Shown one piece after another: positions 1 to 10,370 of a stretch of DNA of 64,000 nucleotides (position 1 is the stretch's first letter; every line of letters starts with the position of its first letter). Under the pieces are notes generated by a model. That model saw nothing but the letters and a program-made list of their open reading frames with translations, had not been told where the DNA came from and searched no databases. Source of the stretch: an uncultured Gammaproteobacteria bacterium (GTDB taxonomy: Bacteria; Pseudomonadota; Gammaproteobacteria; JACCXJ01); NCBI GenBank assembly GCA_963764725.1, contig CAVXTM010000010.1:32001-96000 (forward strand), written 5' to 3'. The translations under genes and the position numbers were made by a program.

Positions 1-111
1 AACAAGACGAAAGGAGAAACGTACCTCGCGGAACATGCATTGACGGGACGACAAGTCGAGATGATTTTATCCGGAAGTCTACTCAACTTGATGCGCAAGC
101 CTCCGGCCTAG
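1..111 (+). CDS. Aconitate hydratase, C-terminal end (partial, runs off window)
   Basis: Frame 1 reads NKTKGETYLAEHALTGRQVEMILSGSLLNLMRKPPA*, resembling the aconitase swivel-domain C-terminus. Confidence 0.6.
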   Translation, partial: NKTKGETYLAEHALTGRQVEMILSGSLLNLMRKPPA

Positions 112-144
112 CTGGCGTCGCGTCTGAACGCCGGAGTCATTCCG

Positions 145-1944
145 TTGACTCGAAGTATTGACCACATCACCCCGCAGGCTGCCCGCACGCTCGCCGGGCT
201 TTTTCAGGAGCGTATCTCGCTGACGCCGCAGTCCGTCGCTTACCGCTATTTCGACCCTGCTGCGAGCACCTGGAAGGGGCTATCCTGGCAGGAGATGGGC
301 ACGCATATCGCGCGCTGGCGGGCAGCATTGGCGCGCGAACCGTTGCAATCCGGCGATCGCGTCGCCGTGATGCTTCGCAATTCGCCGGAGTGGGTCATGT
401 TTGAGCAAGCAGCGCTAGGGCGAGGTCTTGTCGTCGTCCCCCTGCATACCAACGATCGTGCCGAAAATATTGCCTACATGATCAGAGATGCGGGCGCAAA
501 AGTGCTGCTGCTCGGGGATGCCAAGGACTGGCGCCTGTTGCAGGCTGTGCGTAATCATTTAGTGGGCTTGGTGCGCGTCCTTACCCTCGCACCCCATGAG
601 GGCGAATCCGACGATGCGCGTCTGTGGGATGTTAATGCATGGCTATCGCTCGCCGATAAGGCCGCACCGATGCATGCAGGCCTCCCCGATGATCTCGCCA
701 CCATCGTATACACCTCGGGAACGGTCGGCCGCCCCAAAGGGGTGATGCTGAGCCACCGAAACATTTTGTGGAACGCCTATGCGCTCATGCGACGGTTCTC
801 CATTTGTACAGACGATGGGTTTCTCTCTTTCTTGCCTCTTGCGCACAGCTTCGAGCGCACCGTTGGCTACTACCTGCCAGTGATGGCAGGTGCTCTCGTC
901 ACTTACGCACGCTCACCTCGGCAGCTTGTTGAAGATCTCCCAGAGGTCCGGCCGACCATCTTGCTAGTCGTGCCTCGGGTCCTCGAAAAAATCTACGCAG
1001 GACTTCAGTCGAAATTTGAAAGCAACACCCTTCTAAAAACCCTGTTTGAGCTGACCATCAGAATCGGGTGGCAACGCTTTCTGTACTTGCAGGGGCGAGG
1101 GGACTGGCGCTGGCCGTTACTCTTATGGCCTTTGCTCAATCGGCTCGTGGCACATCGGATCCGCACCGGGTTAGGGTGCGATCGTCTGCGCATAGTCAGC
1201 TGCGGGGCGGCGCCCCTAGAGGCACGTCTCGCGATCGTGTTTATTGGCTTAGGATTTCCCATCTCAAATGGTTACGGCCTGACCGAGGCGAGTCCCGTGG
1301 TAAGCGCTAATGCGCTCACCGAAAATGATCCCTTCAGCGTCGGCACTCCGCTCGAGGACGTGGAAGTGCGCTTCGGTGACGAAGATGAACTGCTCGTTAA
1401 GAGTCCCGGCGTAATGTTAGGTTACTGGGGTGACCCAAAGCTTACCGCGAGGACAATCGACAGCGAAGGATGGCTACACACCGGCGACCAGGCGCGGATC
1501 AACGAGCACCATATCTACATCACTGGCCGAATCAAAGAGATCATCGTGATGGCCAATGGTGAAAAGGTGGCTCCAGAAAGTATGGAACGCGCGATTATCC
1601 TGGATCCGCTCTTCGAGCAAGTGATGGTGACGGGAGAAGGTCAGGCCTATCTGAGTGCGAGCGTCGTGTTGAACCGAGAACACTGGTCGAAATTTGCACG
1701 TGACCTTGGCCTCGACCCGAACGACCCGGCCACACTTGACCAGGCGCAGATCCAGACGACGATCTTAGACAGGATCGCGATGCGACTCCACGCGCTCCCA
1801 GGTTATGCGAAGGTGCGAAGCGTTACCCTGAGCTTGGAACCATGGACCGTGGAAAACGGGCTGTTGACGCCTACTCTTAAGGTTCGTCGCGACCGAGTAC
1901 TCGCCCATCTCCAGACGCAGGCCCTAAGCAAGGCCAGCGAGTAG
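145..1944 (+). CDS. Long-chain fatty acid-CoA ligase (AMP-dependent synthetase)
   Basis: YTSGTVGRPKG AMP-binding motif, GYGLTE, GWLHTGD, LLTPTLK. Confidence 0.92.
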   Translation: MTRSIDHITPQAARTLAGLFQERISLTPQSVAYRYFDPAASTWKGLSWQEMGTHIARWRAALAREPLQSGDRVAVMLRNSPEWVMFEQAALGRGLVVVPLHTNDRAENIAYMIRDAGAKVLLLGDAKDWRLLQAVRNHLVGLVRVLTLAPHEGESDDARLWDVNAWLSLADKAAPMHAGLPDDLATIVYTSGTVGRPKGVMLSHRNILWNAYALMRRFSICTDDGFLSFLPLAHSFERTVGYYLPVMAGALVTYARSPRQLVEDLPEVRPTILLVVPRVLEKIYAGLQSKFESNTLLKTLFELTIRIGWQRFLYLQGRGDWRWPLLLWPLLNRLVAHRIRTGLGCDRLRIVSCGAAPLEARLAIVFIGLGFPISNGYGLTEASPVVSANALTENDPFSVGTPLEDVEVRFGDEDELLVKSPGVMLGYWGDPKLTARTIDSEGWLHTGDQARINEHHIYITGRIKEIIVMANGEKVAPESMERAIILDPLFEQVMVTGEGQAYLSASVVLNREHWSKFARDLGLDPNDPATLDQAQIQTTILDRIAMRLHALPGYAKVRSVTLSLEPWTVENGLLTPTLKVRRDRVLAHLQTQALSKASE

Positions 1945-1974
1945 TGCACGCGGATACACCGCTTAAGTAGCCTA

Positions 1975-2190
1975 TCAACCGTCCGCTTCGTACTTGAACG
2001 ACAACTGTACCCGTGCCCGGTAAGCGGTGACTCGACCGTTTTCAATCTTCATATCGAGTTTGGTTATTTCGGCGACGCGGAGGTCGCGAAGATGCTTGCC
2101 GGCCTCTTCGACGGCGTTCTTTGCTGCATCCTCCCAGGATTGTGCACTGGTTCCAATGATCTCGGTGATTCTGTACACGCTTTCTGTCAT
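1975..2190 (-). CDS. Dodecin family protein
   Basis: 71 aa; VYRITEIIGTS..SWEDAAKNAV...YRARVQLSFKYE pattern; GGAGG RBS upstream. Confidence 0.9.
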   Translation of the reverse strand: MTESVYRITEIIGTSAQSWEDAAKNAVEEAGKHLRDLRVAEITKLDMKIENGRVTAYRARVQLSFKYEADG

Positions 2191-2412
2191 TTTTCCTCCT
2201 CTGTTTCCGGAGCCTCCTGTCTGCTCAGGTCATGCGCAGGCAACAATTGACCTCTGACGCTTCACGGCATCCAGAGCAATGCTCCGAGAAATTTCCATTG
2301 CCCTAGGATGCATTCTACTCCTTTTTACAGCAACTATAAGCCTTCACCCATCCGCGAGACATGGTTGATACGATTCCTCCAGGCGCCTCGATTCCAGCGT
2401 TAGATCCCGCTG

Positions 2413-3156
2413 TTAGCGCGATACGATTCGGACGGGCGAAGCGCGCAAATATTTTCTCTTGAGTTGCCCGTAAAGGCAGTTTTCGTGATATCGTGCATTC
2501 TTATCTTGAGCGGCGGCTCTCCACATTTCGTTCCAAAGATGAATCGCGTAAGTGCTTTCATCGAGCACGGTTTCCACATCAGGTTCTAGCACTTTGTGCC
2601 ACTCGGAGTAACCCAACGGACAAAAAACGTAATGTGGCTTTGTATATTTTCCCAGCGAATACTTTCTGACCGCTTCTGCCATTAGTCTTGGCCCAGTCTC
2701 TCCCCAAACCAAATGCTCCGGGTTCTTAGACTGACAAACTCCCCACGCATAGGTCATAACGTTACTCCCTGCTGGAGCTTTGAGGATGCCGCTAGTTACA
2801 ACTTCGAGCCCCTTACTTATTATCTCGCTGGAGAAAACGTGCTTTTCAGGAAAATCAAACGGCTTCAGGCAAATGATATCGGTATCGGCCCACCACCCCC
2901 CACGATCGAGTAGTAGCTTATAGCGAAAAAAATTTGCAAAACCTGCATAGCTTGGATAGTGCTTGTATTGAAAGATGCGCGAGGACGGCAATATCTCATT
3001 AGCATCCTTGATGACAGTCCCAACCGGGATGTTCTTCGGCTCATCGTAAACATACAGATGGTACTCATGTCCGTTCAGCAGGAACGAAGAGACTGACAAC
3101 TGTTCCATCACAGAAAGTTCAGGACCGATCCAAAGTCCCTGAATGATCTTGTTCAT
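2413..3156 (-). CDS. DXD-motif glycosyltransferase (GT32 / alpha-1,4-GT-like)
   Basis: IQGLWIG, FRYKLL..GGWWADTD, WGETGP, AIHLWNEMW; AT-richer than flanks. Confidence 0.85.
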   Translation of the reverse strand: MNKIIQGLWIGPELSVMEQLSVSSFLLNGHEYHLYVYDEPKNIPVGTVIKDANEILPSSRIFQYKHYPSYAGFANFFRYKLLLDRGGWWADTDIICLKPFDFPEKHVFSSEIISKGLEVVTSGILKAPAGSNVMTYAWGVCQSKNPEHLVWGETGPRLMAEAVRKYSLGKYTKPHYVFCPLGYSEWHKVLEPDVETVLDESTYAIHLWNEMWRAAAQDKNARYHENCLYGQLKRKYLRASPVRIVSR

Positions 3157-3183
3157 CTCTCGGTGTTGCTAGTTAGCGCGTCT

Positions 3184-3420
3184 TCAGGCGCCGTTTCGGG
3201 CGCTCTCTTTCTGGTACTCGACGACGTAATCGGCCGCCATTCTCAGGGAATGATCCTCTACTTACAGCCTTGTCCCGGCATGCCTGGGAGAAACATCGAC
3301 GATATCATCGATGAGCGCCTCTGTCGCTGCACCGGCGCTTTGCGGCCTATAACCTCCCATAGGTTTTATGTTATACCAAGCGAGTTGTAGATATCGGGCC
3401 TCGTCGATGCCAAAAGAGAA
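3184..3420 (-). pseudogene. Possible glycosyltransferase (GT4-like) C-terminal remnant
   Basis: Broken frames give ...SPQACRDK / HSLRMAADYVVEYQK, like GT4 C-terminal helices; internal stop. Confidence 0.3.
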
Positions 3421-4896
3421 GTGGACCACACCGCGATGAGCATAGGGATGGGGGGCGAGCGAGCGCAGCTGGTGGCTACCCTGCACGCACCGCCGTCTCC
3501 CGAAGCTCGCGAGGTCGGCGGCGCGGACTGGATTGAGGTGCGGGCAGAGGCCACTGGCGAGCTAGATGCTGGCTGGCTGCGCAACCGGTTCCGCGGCGGT
3601 CTCATCTACGGCCTGGGCGCGGGGATGTCTGCTGAGGCGCGTTGCCGGCGGCTCTGCGCCGCCCGCGAATATGACCTCATCGACCTGGACGGCGAGCGCG
3701 ATCTGGTGCCCGAGATTCTGGAAGCCATCCCCAGAGAGCGGCGCGTGATCTCTTGGCACGGTCCGGGGGAGGGCTACGAAGACCTACACCGGCGCTTCGA
3801 ACGCTATGCGGCGGCGGGAGCGGTCTTGATCCGGCTGGTTCCTTGGGCCGGCGCGCTGCCGGACGGCTTAGCCCCGCTGTCGCTGCTGAAGAGCCTGCGG
3901 CGCCCCGACTTGGTTGCCTACGCCGCGGGGGACTGCGGTTACTGGACCCGACCCCTAGCCGCGCGCTTGGGGGCGCCCTGGGTCTTCGGAGAGGCGTCCG
4001 GCGGCGAGGACGGATGCAGCATCGCCCGCTTGATCGAGGACTTTGGCGTACCCCTTCTTTGGACTGCGGACGAAGTCTTTGGGATTGCGGGCGATCCGGT
4101 GCTCCAGGCCTATTCGACCCGGCTGCACAACGCGGCATACCGAGCCCTCGGCCGGAAAGCCCTGTACCTGCCCTTCTCCTGCCCCGACTTCGCCGACCTG
4201 TGGGAGGGGATCGTAGCGCCTGGAGCCTTGGACGGCTTGGGCTTTCCTCTGCGCGGGCTCACCACCGTCTCTCCGCATAAAGAAGCGGCTCTCGCGCAGG
4301 CGCGGATCAGCAGCGCGCTTTCCAGCCAAGCTGGCGCCTCCAATCTGTTGTTGCGGCGCGGGGCAGATTGGACCGCGACCACCACAGACGCGCTGGGAGT
4401 CCTAGAGCCGCTGCGCCGGCGCCGCATTCCTCTGGCCGGATCCCGGGCGGCGGTGCTCGGCTGCGGCGGGACGGGACGCGCGGTGGCGGTGGCGCTCAGC
4501 GCCGCCGGGGCCGAGGTGTCGCTGGTCAATCGCGGAAAAGCGCGCGGGCACTCCGCCGCGCGCCGGCTTGGGCTACCTTTCCTCCCCTTGGCCGGCTTCG
4601 CACCCGCCGGTTTCGACCTGATCGTGAACGCCACGCCGCTCGGGCGCGGGCCCGACGAATGCCCCTTCGACGCAGGGCGCGCCCGTCACGACACGGTGAT
4701 CGCCGATTTTGTGTACCGCAGTTCCCCCACACGCCTGGCGGCGGTGGCCCGCGCCCGTGGCCTGCGGGTAATCGATGGCCATGAGATCCTTGGCGTCCAG
4801 GTTCGTGAACAATTCCGCCGCCTCACCGGCCAGCCCTGGCCTGACCAGGTTGCGGCCATGCTGCCCCTGCGGCTCGCCGCCGGACAGCCCCTGTGA
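3421..4896 (+). CDS. Fused type I 3-dehydroquinate dehydratase-like / shikimate dehydrogenase-like protein (AroD-AroE-like)
   Basis: N-half ADWIEVRA, VISWH; C-half GIAGDPV...LHN, SPHKE, GASN, TDALG, GCGGTGRA, IVNATPLG, IDGHEIL. Confidence 0.8.
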   Translation: MDHTAMSIGMGGERAQLVATLHAPPSPEAREVGGADWIEVRAEATGELDAGWLRNRFRGGLIYGLGAGMSAEARCRRLCAAREYDLIDLDGERDLVPEILEAIPRERRVISWHGPGEGYEDLHRRFERYAAAGAVLIRLVPWAGALPDGLAPLSLLKSLRRPDLVAYAAGDCGYWTRPLAARLGAPWVFGEASGGEDGCSIARLIEDFGVPLLWTADEVFGIAGDPVLQAYSTRLHNAAYRALGRKALYLPFSCPDFADLWEGIVAPGALDGLGFPLRGLTTVSPHKEAALAQARISSALSSQAGASNLLLRRGADWTATTTDALGVLEPLRRRRIPLAGSRAAVLGCGGTGRAVAVALSAAGAEVSLVNRGKARGHSAARRLGLPFLPLAGFAPAGFDLIVNATPLGRGPDECPFDAGRARHDTVIADFVYRSSPTRLAAVARARGLRVIDGHEILGVQVREQFRRLTGQPWPDQVAAMLPLRLAAGQPL

Positions 4897-5504
4897 GGCC
4901 CGTTATCCCGCGGCCATGCTCGTGGGGCCGATTCAGGCCTAGCGTGGTGCGCGCAGCCACAAATTGAGCGGACCCTCCTCAACAACGGTCGAGGGGCGTG
5001 TCGGTGATGAGGTTACGGATGATGGCGCCCAGGTTCTTCCCCCGCTCGCAGCCGCGCCGGTACGCCGCTTCGACAATGCGCCCATCGTTCCCGACCGATC
5101 CGTTGACCGCCTCGAACCCCAGGACCATGGGAACGTTCGCATCCTCCGGGCTGACGGCTGCATCTGGCGCGCGATCTTGCCGCGCTTGAGGCACATCCTG
5201 CCTCGCCGGATCCGCAGGTGCGTGAATTGCTCTTTGACGCTTATGTGATCCATAGTGAATACCTCCGGGTCTGTGGTAGTACTCTCGCTTCTACTAGACA
5301 AACAACTCAGATGAACCATCCTCTGAGTGCGAAGGACATTATTCTGCGAATTTATGACGGCCGAATGACGTTGACCGGTGCTTTCCGTGAAGGGCCCTCC
5401 TCGATGCTGATGCCTCCATTAGAAAGTGTAGCACTGTTATCGAGAAATCCTATTTGCATTGCACAACCGGGGTTAATATGGCTGAGACCGGCGAGGCGGG
5501 TTAG

Positions 5505-6740
5505 TTAACCTTCATACTTTCGAGCGATGAGCACAGCATTGGTGCCCCCGAAGGCAAAGGAATTCGACATCACAGTGGCGACGGCGACGTTCGTTCGAGC
5601 GCTATTCGCGACGTAATCGAGGTCACACTCGGGGTCTGGATCCGTGAGATTGATGGTCGGTGGTATGGCTTGGTGTTTTAAGCTCATGATCGCGACAATT
5701 AATTCCATGGCCCCCGCCGCGCCTAAGAGATGCCCGTGCATGGATTTCGTCGAGCTAATCGGGATCTGATAGCCGTGGCGGCCGAATACCTCCTTGATCG
5801 CGGTGGTCTCGACGGTGTCGTTTTGCGACGTCGCCGTCCCATGGGCATTGATGTAATCAATTTCTTCTGGTCCCATCTTGGAATCCTCCAACGCGGACCG
5901 TAATGCGTGCGCCTGCCCTGCGAGCGAGGGCCGGGTGATGTGCGCGACATCGGTGGTCTGGCTATAGCCGACGAGCTCGGCATAGACCGGCGCGGTGCGG
6001 GATCGCGCCCGTTCCAGATCTTCAAGAACGACAATTGCCGCGCCTTCACCGAGCACCAGCCCGGTACGGTTCTTCGAGAACGGCTTGCAAGACGCCGCGG
6101 GATTTTCCGGGTCCTCTAAGGCGAGCGTGCGCAGCGCTTCCCACGCCTTCATAGTGCCATAGGTCAGAGGCGCCTCGGCGCCGCCCGCAAGCGCCGAGTC
6201 GATGCGTCCGAGCGCGATCTGGCGATAGGCTTCCCCCACCGCGACAGTGGACGAGGAGCAAGCGGTCGAATACGTGAGACACGGACCTGTCAGCCCGTAT
6301 TCGAGAGCGATCCACGAGGCGGGGGCATTGTTCATCGTCATCACCACCGTGAAGGGCGGCAAACGCTCCGATCCCTCGCGATACAAAATCGCATACCCGG
6401 CATCGGTCGTTTCCGCGCCGCCCATGCCCGTGCCCAAATACACACCGCACCGGGGTTCCTCACCGCGTTGGAAGACCAACTCCGCATCGGTCACGGCCTG
6501 TGCCGCCGCGCTCAGGGCGAGCTGACTGACTCGATCTAGAATTTTCAAGCGGCCAGGAGGGAAAAACAGCGCCCCGTCAAAATCAACCTGCGCGCCGATG
6601 CGGATCGACAGCTTTTCGGCGAACGGCGTTTGCAGCCTCCCAATGCCGGACCTTCCCGCGAGCAGGTTTTTGAAGAACTCTTGCGGGTCATTCCCGAGCG
6701 GTGAGATCACCCCCAGCCCGGTAATGGCCACCCTTCTCAA
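5505..6740 (-). CDS. Beta-ketoacyl-ACP synthase (FabF / type II KS family)
   Basis: TACSSS Cys, INAHGT and HGHLLGAAG His residues, SNSFAFGGTN; start overlaps ACP stop. Confidence 0.93.
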   Translation of the reverse strand: MRRVAITGLGVISPLGNDPQEFFKNLLAGRSGIGRLQTPFAEKLSIRIGAQVDFDGALFFPPGRLKILDRVSQLALSAAAQAVTDAELVFQRGEEPRCGVYLGTGMGGAETTDAGYAILYREGSERLPPFTVVMTMNNAPASWIALEYGLTGPCLTYSTACSSSTVAVGEAYRQIALGRIDSALAGGAEAPLTYGTMKAWEALRTLALEDPENPAASCKPFSKNRTGLVLGEGAAIVVLEDLERARSRTAPVYAELVGYSQTTDVAHITRPSLAGQAHALRSALEDSKMGPEEIDYINAHGTATSQNDTVETTAIKEVFGRHGYQIPISSTKSMHGHLLGAAGAMELIVAIMSLKHQAIPPTINLTDPDPECDLDYVANSARTNVAVATVMSNSFAFGGTNAVLIARKYEG

Positions 6741-7003
6741 GGACTGCGTTCCTCAACAGTGGGCTGAACGTGCTGCTCTGCAACCAAGCGATCGATATAT
6801 TCGACAACATCCTGGAGGGTTTTCAGAGGCGCCTGGTCACGCGGCACGGTGATGTTGAATTCGTCTTCGATGTTGAACAGCAGATCGATGGTGTCCATCG
6901 AATCGAGCCCAAGCGCCTCGAGCGACGCGGCCGGCACGAGATCACCGTGTTTAACTTGGTTGTGCTTAACCAGCAACGCCTGTAAGCGTTCCAAGGTCGT
7001 CAT
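6737..7003 (-). CDS. Acyl carrier protein
   Basis: LGLDSMD phosphopantetheine Ser motif, IEDEFNI. Confidence 0.9.
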   Translation of the reverse strand: MTTLERLQALLVKHNQVKHGDLVPAASLEALGLDSMDTIDLLFNIEDEFNITVPRDQAPLKTLQDVVEYIDRLVAEQHVQPTVEERSP

Positions 7004-7029
7004 TATTTAGTCTCCGGGAGATTGATCCC

Positions 7030-8094
7030 CTAGGTCACTTCTAACAAGGCCCCGTGACAGCTGAACCCGGCGCCAAACGAGGACATCCACCACCAACCGC
7101 AGGGCGCCGAATGCTTCAGGGCGGCGCTGAGCACGAAGTACACGAAGGCGCTGCTCAGGTTGCCGAATTCGCTCAATGTCTCCCGGCTATGGAGGATCGC
7201 CTCCTCGGGTAGCTCCAATCGTTCCTTTAGAGCCGCGAGCACATCGCGCCCGCCCGCGTGCCAAATCCAAGTGCTGATATTTTGCTTGTTCATACCAGAG
7301 CTTTCCAGTACCGTCCCCAATACCCGCTCCGCATAAGCCGCCGCCAGCTTTGGAACGGGCCGGGTGAGGATATTGCGTAGCATCCCCTGGCGCTGCTCAA
7401 AACGCAGATCATCGCGCCGTTCGGGATCGGTAAGGGACGCACTCGTTTTCCATTCGATGCGCCGGCGGCCCGGAACCGCGGCATCGGAGAGCACCGCCGC
7501 GCCCGCCCCATCACCGAACAAGCAACCGCTGATCAGCACCCCCGGATCGTTGTCGAGATAGATCGCCGCGCTGCACACTTCGGCCGAGACAGCCAACACA
7601 TTCCGGCACCGGCCAGCCAAAAGCAGCGCCTCCGCCATCATCCAATTGGGCAAAGCAGCGCCGCATCCCTGACCGACGAGATCGAATGCCAACGCGTTGG
7701 GCCGCAACCCGAGTCCCTCTATCAGATAACTCGTCAGGCCCGGACACAGGTATCCTGTACAGGTGCTTGCGATCACCGCATCGATCTCGGGGGCGCGCCG
7801 CCCGGCGTTCTCGAGCGCCTGGCGCGCCGCGGCGATCGCCAGCCGGGGAGCGTGATCGCCGAAGCGCCGATGCAGGGTGTCGGCATCGATCTCGAACACT
7901 TCGCGCAGGTTTTCCGGCGCCAAATACCTGGTTGCGATGCCGTTATCGCCGAGCAATACCTGCTCGATGAGAGCACAGGCGCGCCGGTCGAGCCGGGTAG
8001 CGAACGAGGAAACCTTAAACGCTTCCCAGCATTCGGCCTGCGTATAGCGCTGCGGAGGCACGGCGGTGCCGAGCCCGGTGACGAACATTGCCAT
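7030..8094 (-). CDS. Type III polyketide synthase
   Basis: Cys (GQGCGAA), His (WIWHAGG), Asn (FGNLSS) triad; LFGDGAGA; SFGAGF. Confidence 0.92.
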   Translation of the reverse strand: MAMFVTGLGTAVPPQRYTQAECWEAFKVSSFATRLDRRACALIEQVLLGDNGIATRYLAPENLREVFEIDADTLHRRFGDHAPRLAIAAARQALENAGRRAPEIDAVIASTCTGYLCPGLTSYLIEGLGLRPNALAFDLVGQGCGAALPNWMMAEALLLAGRCRNVLAVSAEVCSAAIYLDNDPGVLISGCLFGDGAGAAVLSDAAVPGRRRIEWKTSASLTDPERRDDLRFEQRQGMLRNILTRPVPKLAAAYAERVLGTVLESSGMNKQNISTWIWHAGGRDVLAALKERLELPEEAILHSRETLSEFGNLSSAFVYFVLSAALKHSAPCGWWWMSSFGAGFSCHGALLEVT

Positions 8095-8149
8095 TATTAG
8101 TTGTGTTTTTTAGACATGATAGCCCAAGCGCACGGTCGAGGCCGAGGCG

Positions 8150-9331
8150 TCACGCCGGATGACTCATACGCACCGCAGGCCGATGATTCAATACCTTCAG
8201 CAGCGGCACCGCCAACCCGGGGATCCGCGCCAGGATGGAAAACGCCGCCCGTGTTAAGCCCGGCCGCCTGAGGATCCCAGCGGCGGCGTGGCAGAGGACT
8301 CTGCGCCCGATCACGCGGCGATAGGACCATTCCCACTCCGCGATCAGAGCGGGATCCCAGCGCCGGACGGCCTGGAGCGCTAACGGGACCACGGCTTCCG
8401 CCGAGGCCAACGCCCAGGCGATGCCCTCGCCGGTGAAGGGTTCCACGTAACCCGCGGCGTCGCCCAGGACGAACACGCGCTCGGAGGCGAGACACGGCGG
8501 CCGGACGGTCAAACGCGCCGTTCCCCGCCAAGCTGCCTCGGCTAGTGGGGGAATTGGCGGCCAACCCACCTCGCCCAGAATCGCCGCCGCCGCAGCCCCC
8601 GCCCCACCCAGCGTGCGGACGAACCCCCGATCGAACGCCGCCGCCACATTCAGCCGTCCGTCCTCCACGCGCACCAACCCGACGTAGCCGCGCGCGCCGC
8701 AGGCCATGAAGATCGCTCCGGACGCATAAAAAGCCGGCGCCGGCACGACGATCACCCCGGCCCCGACGCGCGCATCCTGTGCGACCCGCGGAGCATATTT
8801 CACTGCCGCGCGGATCAAACGGCTACCGAGTCCGTCGGCGCACAACACCAGCTGGCTCGACACAGCGCCGCATTGAGGGCCCTGCCGCAGTGCGACGGCC
8901 GGCTTCGTGCCGGCTCCTAAGCATGCGACCGTGCCTGGTAGAAACTGCGCTCCCGCGCCGACGGCCGCTTGGATCAACGCCGCGTCAAACACCTCGCGGC
9001 TGAGCGCGACCCCTCCCGGTACCGCGAGCGTCAGATCCCCGCCCCGGATCGCGGCATGGAACGCCTTGATGGGTACCGCGCCGCAACGCTCCGCCAAGGC
9101 ACCGAGGCCCGCCGCGTTCAATACCTCCAAAGCGCGTGGATTCAAGCAGGCGCCGCACACTTTGTACCGCGGAAAAGCCGCCTTATCGACGAGCAGCACC
9201 CGTAGCCCGTGCCGCGCTAATGCGTGCGCGGCGAACGCACCGGCCGGCCCCGCGCCGACGATGAGCACCTCCCATTCCCGCGCGGCCGCATCGGTGATCG
9301 CGAGCGTCCCTATCGTATCGGTCGGGTTCAT
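8150..9331 (-). CDS. FAD-dependent oxidoreductase (geranylgeranyl reductase-like)
   Basis: GAGPAG, FPRYKVCG, ADGLGS, GDAAGYVEPFTGEGI. Confidence 0.9.
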   Translation of the reverse strand: MNPTDTIGTLAITDAAAREWEVLIVGAGPAGAFAAHALARHGLRVLLVDKAAFPRYKVCGACLNPRALEVLNAAGLGALAERCGAVPIKAFHAAIRGGDLTLAVPGGVALSREVFDAALIQAAVGAGAQFLPGTVACLGAGTKPAVALRQGPQCGAVSSQLVLCADGLGSRLIRAAVKYAPRVAQDARVGAGVIVVPAPAFYASGAIFMACGARGYVGLVRVEDGRLNVAAAFDRGFVRTLGGAGAAAAAILGEVGWPPIPPLAEAAWRGTARLTVRPPCLASERVFVLGDAAGYVEPFTGEGIAWALASAEAVVPLALQAVRRWDPALIAEWEWSYRRVIGRRVLCHAAAGILRRPGLTRAAFSILARIPGLAVPLLKVLNHRPAVRMSHPA

Positions 9332-9355
9332 GGGGTTAAAATCCGTCGCGCCCGA

Positions 9356-10066
9356 CTACTCTAACCATTTGTCGATCAGATCCGCCATCTCGCCGGTACG
9401 CATCGGAGGCTCCGCGGTATCGAACCAGCGCATGGATTGCGCCGCGATCAACCGAGTAATCTTCTCCCCGCTCACCAGACCATGTTGGTCGTAACACCGA
9501 TCCGGACATTTCGCAAGCACATTAAGCGCCGCGCCGAGCACTTTTTCCCGCGTGCTGGGAGCATCCTTTCTCGAAGACGGATTAGGTTCCTGGCGGACGG
9601 CGCCTGGTAACGAGGCCGAGGATCCCGGAACCACGCGCTGGATGAACTGCATGAGCGCCTCGAATGGTTCCGGGATCGGGACGCCCGAGGCGCGTGCCCA
9701 CTGATAGAGATCGATCGGCGCACAACGCCAATCCTCATCTGGAACATCGGGGTTCATTACTCGCGGTTTGCCTTCGGTAATGACCGCATCTCTCACGAAT
9801 GCCCACAGCTCGTTCTCCCGCGTCTTGCATTCGCCGGAAGCGCGCAATGTTTCCCACGCATCGGGCGCGATTCCAATAAGGAGCGGAATGCCTTCCGCCC
9901 GCAGCGACCACGCCGGTTTAGGCATCCAGCGCTCATAAAGCAATTGCGCCTGCGGGCTAGCATCCCGGCTTGCCACGTCCGGGGACGCTATCGGCACGGA
10001 TGACTGTAGTAACATACAGTCCAATAACTGCGCTAGTTTTTCGGCGATGTCGTTGTGCTGTCCCAT
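9356..10066 (-). CDS. Hypothetical protein (mobile-element-type orphan)
   Basis: Long ORF; probable start MGQHND at 10066 rather than 10285; no recognised motif. Confidence 0.55.
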   Translation of the reverse strand: MGQHNDIAEKLAQLLDCMLLQSSVPIASPDVASRDASPQAQLLYERWMPKPAWSLRAEGIPLLIGIAPDAWETLRASGECKTRENELWAFVRDAVITEGKPRVMNPDVPDEDWRCAPIDLYQWARASGVPIPEPFEALMQFIQRVVPGSSASLPGAVRQEPNPSSRKDAPSTREKVLGAALNVLAKCPDRCYDQHGLVSGEKITRLIAAQSMRWFDTAEPPMRTGEMADLIDKWLE

Positions 10067-10370
10067 AAACGAATTAGAAAACGGAGGGTCTTCCGGTAGT
10101 TTCGTGTCAGAGCAAAAACCACTTGGAACATGATACGCGATCCGCTGCCTAAAATAAGGCTCCTCGGCAGAATCTATGGGTATTCGGTTAACTCCCTCTC
10201 CCACCGGTCTATACACCCGGAGGGAGAGGGAGTAAACCATGGCGGCACTTACCTTGCCGCGACGCCTCGATAGCAATTCTTTCATCGTTGATTTATCCTC
10301 CCCGCGTTGAATGCTTCTCGCTCGGCGCGGGTTAATTCGGGCGTCATGCGACGCAGGAACCGATAAGGCG

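Noticed and set aside
4939-5500. Small ORFs between the AroDE-like gene and the ketosynthase
   Set aside because: No recognisable motif; probably gene or IS debris that I cannot assign.
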